From: Podarcis muralis
Taxonomy: Eukaryota
NCBI RefSeq assembly: GCF_964188315.1
Contig: NC_135656.1
Location: 120,962,001 to 121,026,000, forward strand
Direction: 5' to 3'
Length of the DNA stretch: 64,000 nt
A program made the translations under genes and the position numbers. Shown one piece after another: positions 62,115 through 64,000 of the stretch (the first letter of the stretch is position 1; every line of letters begins with the position of its first letter). Under the pieces are notes generated by a model, which saw only the letters and a list, made by a program, of their open reading frames with translations, searched no databases and was not told the origin of the DNA.

Positions 62115-62355
62115 TAGAAGCATTTATGGCATCAATCTTCCTTCAAGCTTCTTACAAGATGTGGACTCATTTTCTCCTTGATTCTGAAGTTTAGGTTATT
62201 GGTCTCAGGGGAAATCCTACAAGATTTGGTGCGAGTAGAGGAATACATCACTATGATTTTGATAATTATACAGGGGAAGAAGTTTCCTGTCTGCAACCTC
62301 GTGGACTCTCTGCTTGGCTCACTGGGCAGGTGCGGAGTTGGAGAGAAAACATGTT
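62115..62355 (-). promoter_or_regulatory. Conserved V2R upstream module of V2R-D (distal part displaced by an insertion)
   Basis: ATTTATG at 62122, TCTCAGGGGA at 62203, TAATTA at 62263. Confidence 0.7.
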
Positions 62356-63146
62356 TGTGATTCGAGGACCCGATCCCCGCTTGGGGAATAAAGACACGTG
62401 GACACAGTATGTAAGGTTAATGGGTAAGGAAAAGGCCACAACTTTATTGATTACAGCATGTGAGAAGGTATTGGCTTAGGCATTGGACCATGGAACATTA
62501 GACTCCACCCACTCAGAGAGGGGTGAGCCCAAAGGGGGTTTATTCACCAGAAGGTGGAGCCTGTTGCTGCTAATACAACTATAGGCTCTCTCCTGATGTC
62601 ACCGAGGGTCGTGCCATGGCCCCCCGCCACACGGGCATCGGACAGGATCCACGACCGCCAGATTCCTTTAGCGGAATACCCAAAATTGTCAGGGAAGGTG
62701 ATGGCCACACCTTGCCCCCCGAAACACCAACAACACATTCCAATGCCTAACCGCCAAATACCACGAAAGTTGTGACGGTTGCTACAATGTAGGCGGAAAA
62801 AAACCAAGAGGCCGGGCCAATTTAGCCAATTGGAAAAAACTCCTACCAGGCTCCCTGGTTAAACAGGGCGACCAACCAGAGGTCCATAGCAAAGTCTCAG
62901 GAAAAGCTAGTCTAAAGGGAGTGGAGGGTGGGTGACTCGAAGAAAATGTGTGTGCAATGGTGGGGATGGCTAGCGCGGCCACATTTGAACGGCAAGCCAC
63001 GCCCCCGCCGAGCTTCCCTATTGGGTGCCCAACCGGGGAGGGCGCGCCAGCCCTGGAGTTGAAGCAGGGGGCGGAGCGCCCCCTGCATGACGCAGGAATC
63101 GTCTCCCACTCACAACCCCTCCCCTCCGGGAGGAGGAGAGGCTTTT
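62356..63146 (-). mobile_element. LTR-like GC-rich insertion upstream of V2R-D
   Basis: Absent from the paralogous upstream block (ATGTTT.TGAGA.ATCAC). Starts TGTGA, TCACA at 63110-63114, minus-strand AATAAA near the gene-proximal end; no clean TSD. Confidence 0.55.
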
Positions 63147-63233
63147 TGAGAAATCACCAACAGGGTTTCATGGTCGAGATGGGCCAGTGGACCTGGCAAA
63201 TTTCGCAATGAAGGAAACACTTTCGAAAGCTTA

Positions 63234-63852
63234 CCGTATTTTTCGCCCCATAGGACGCACCACCCCATAGGACGCACCTAGTTTTTTTTTGGGGGGGGGG
63301 AAATAAAGAAAAAATAATAATTCCCCCCCCCCAGGCACGGGGCAGGCGCGGGGGAAGCCCAAGCTTCCCCCGACCCCAGCCCCCAGAACAGGCTGCTGCC
63401 CCAAGCTTTGCGTGCCCAGCGGGACCTCCCGCAGGGCGTGTGAGGCTTGCGGACATCTGCCCGAAGCGGGGGGGGGGGTGGTCCGCAGCTCGCCCCCTGC
63501 TTCGGGATGCAGGCTGCCGCCCCAAGCCTTGCGCGCCCGGTGGGGCCTCCCGCCGGGCGCGCAAGGCTTGCCGACATCTGCCCAAAGCAGGGGGCGGGCT
63601 CCGCAGCTCGCCCCATGCTTCGGGCTGCAGGCTGCCGCCCGCAAGCCTTGCCCGCAAGCCTTGGCCTCCCGCCAGACGCGTGAACTTGCGGATGGCTTCC
63701 TGAAGCCTGGAGAGCGAGAGGGGTCGGTGCGCACCGACGCCTCTCGCTCTCCAGGCTTCAGCGAAAGCCTGCATTCACCCCATAGGACGCACACACGTTT
63801 CCCCTTCATTTTTGGAGGGGAAAAAGTGCATCCTATAGGGCGAAAAATACAG
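63234..63852. mobile_element. Tc2/pogo-like MITE with GC-rich, internally repetitive core
   Basis: TIR CCGTATTTTTCGCCCCATAGGACGCAC / GTGCATCCTATAGGGCGAAAAATACAG; TA-flanked. Confidence 0.85.
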
Positions 63853-64000
63853 TACTTTGGCGATCAGGGGCATACTCTTAGTAACCAACTTTGGTTACTG
63901 TAATACAGCTATAGGAATACAGATACAGGAAAGTACAATAACAAATATCTCCTGGCAGAAATAGAACAATCCTTGTAAAACAACAAATATGTTTTTTTAT

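Noticed and set aside
63154-63903. ORFs of 160-206 aa at the right end
   Set aside because: They lie inside a GC-rich MITE with internal repeats; no transposase motifs.

Overview
Eukaryotic DNA from a squamate reptile, probably a lizard (inferred from Sauria SINEs, Bov-B, L2, CR1 and SCAN-domain content; the species cannot be fixed from sequence alone). The window holds a tandem cluster of vomeronasal type-2 receptor (V2R, class C GPCR) genes, all on the minus strand with six exons each, mapped here by hand from GT/AG sites and phase. Three are intact: V2R-B 22239-32457, V2R-C 37081-48428 and V2R-D 53212-61975 (about 856-857 aa). V2R-A (9642-19149) has a 1-nt frameshift in exon 3, and an orphan decayed exon-6 fragment lies at 51238-51618. 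At the left end are a SCAN-domain exon of a probable SCAN zinc-finger gene (minus strand) and its CpG-rich promoter. The remainder is dense in transposons, and there is one 167-nt N gap (21194-21360). The most notable observations are: (1) a fixed-spacing homeodomain / O/E(EBF)-like / TATA-like module upstream of all four V2R genes; (2) a complete minimal hammerhead-ribozyme fold in intron 2 of V2R-C; (3) two same-family, same-orientation solo LTRs bracketing the 7TM exon of V2R-D; (4) a conserved sense-strand AATAAA in intron 4 that could yield soluble ectodomain isoforms; (5) three Bov-B fragments sharing one 5' end. TE family names come from recognition, not a database search.
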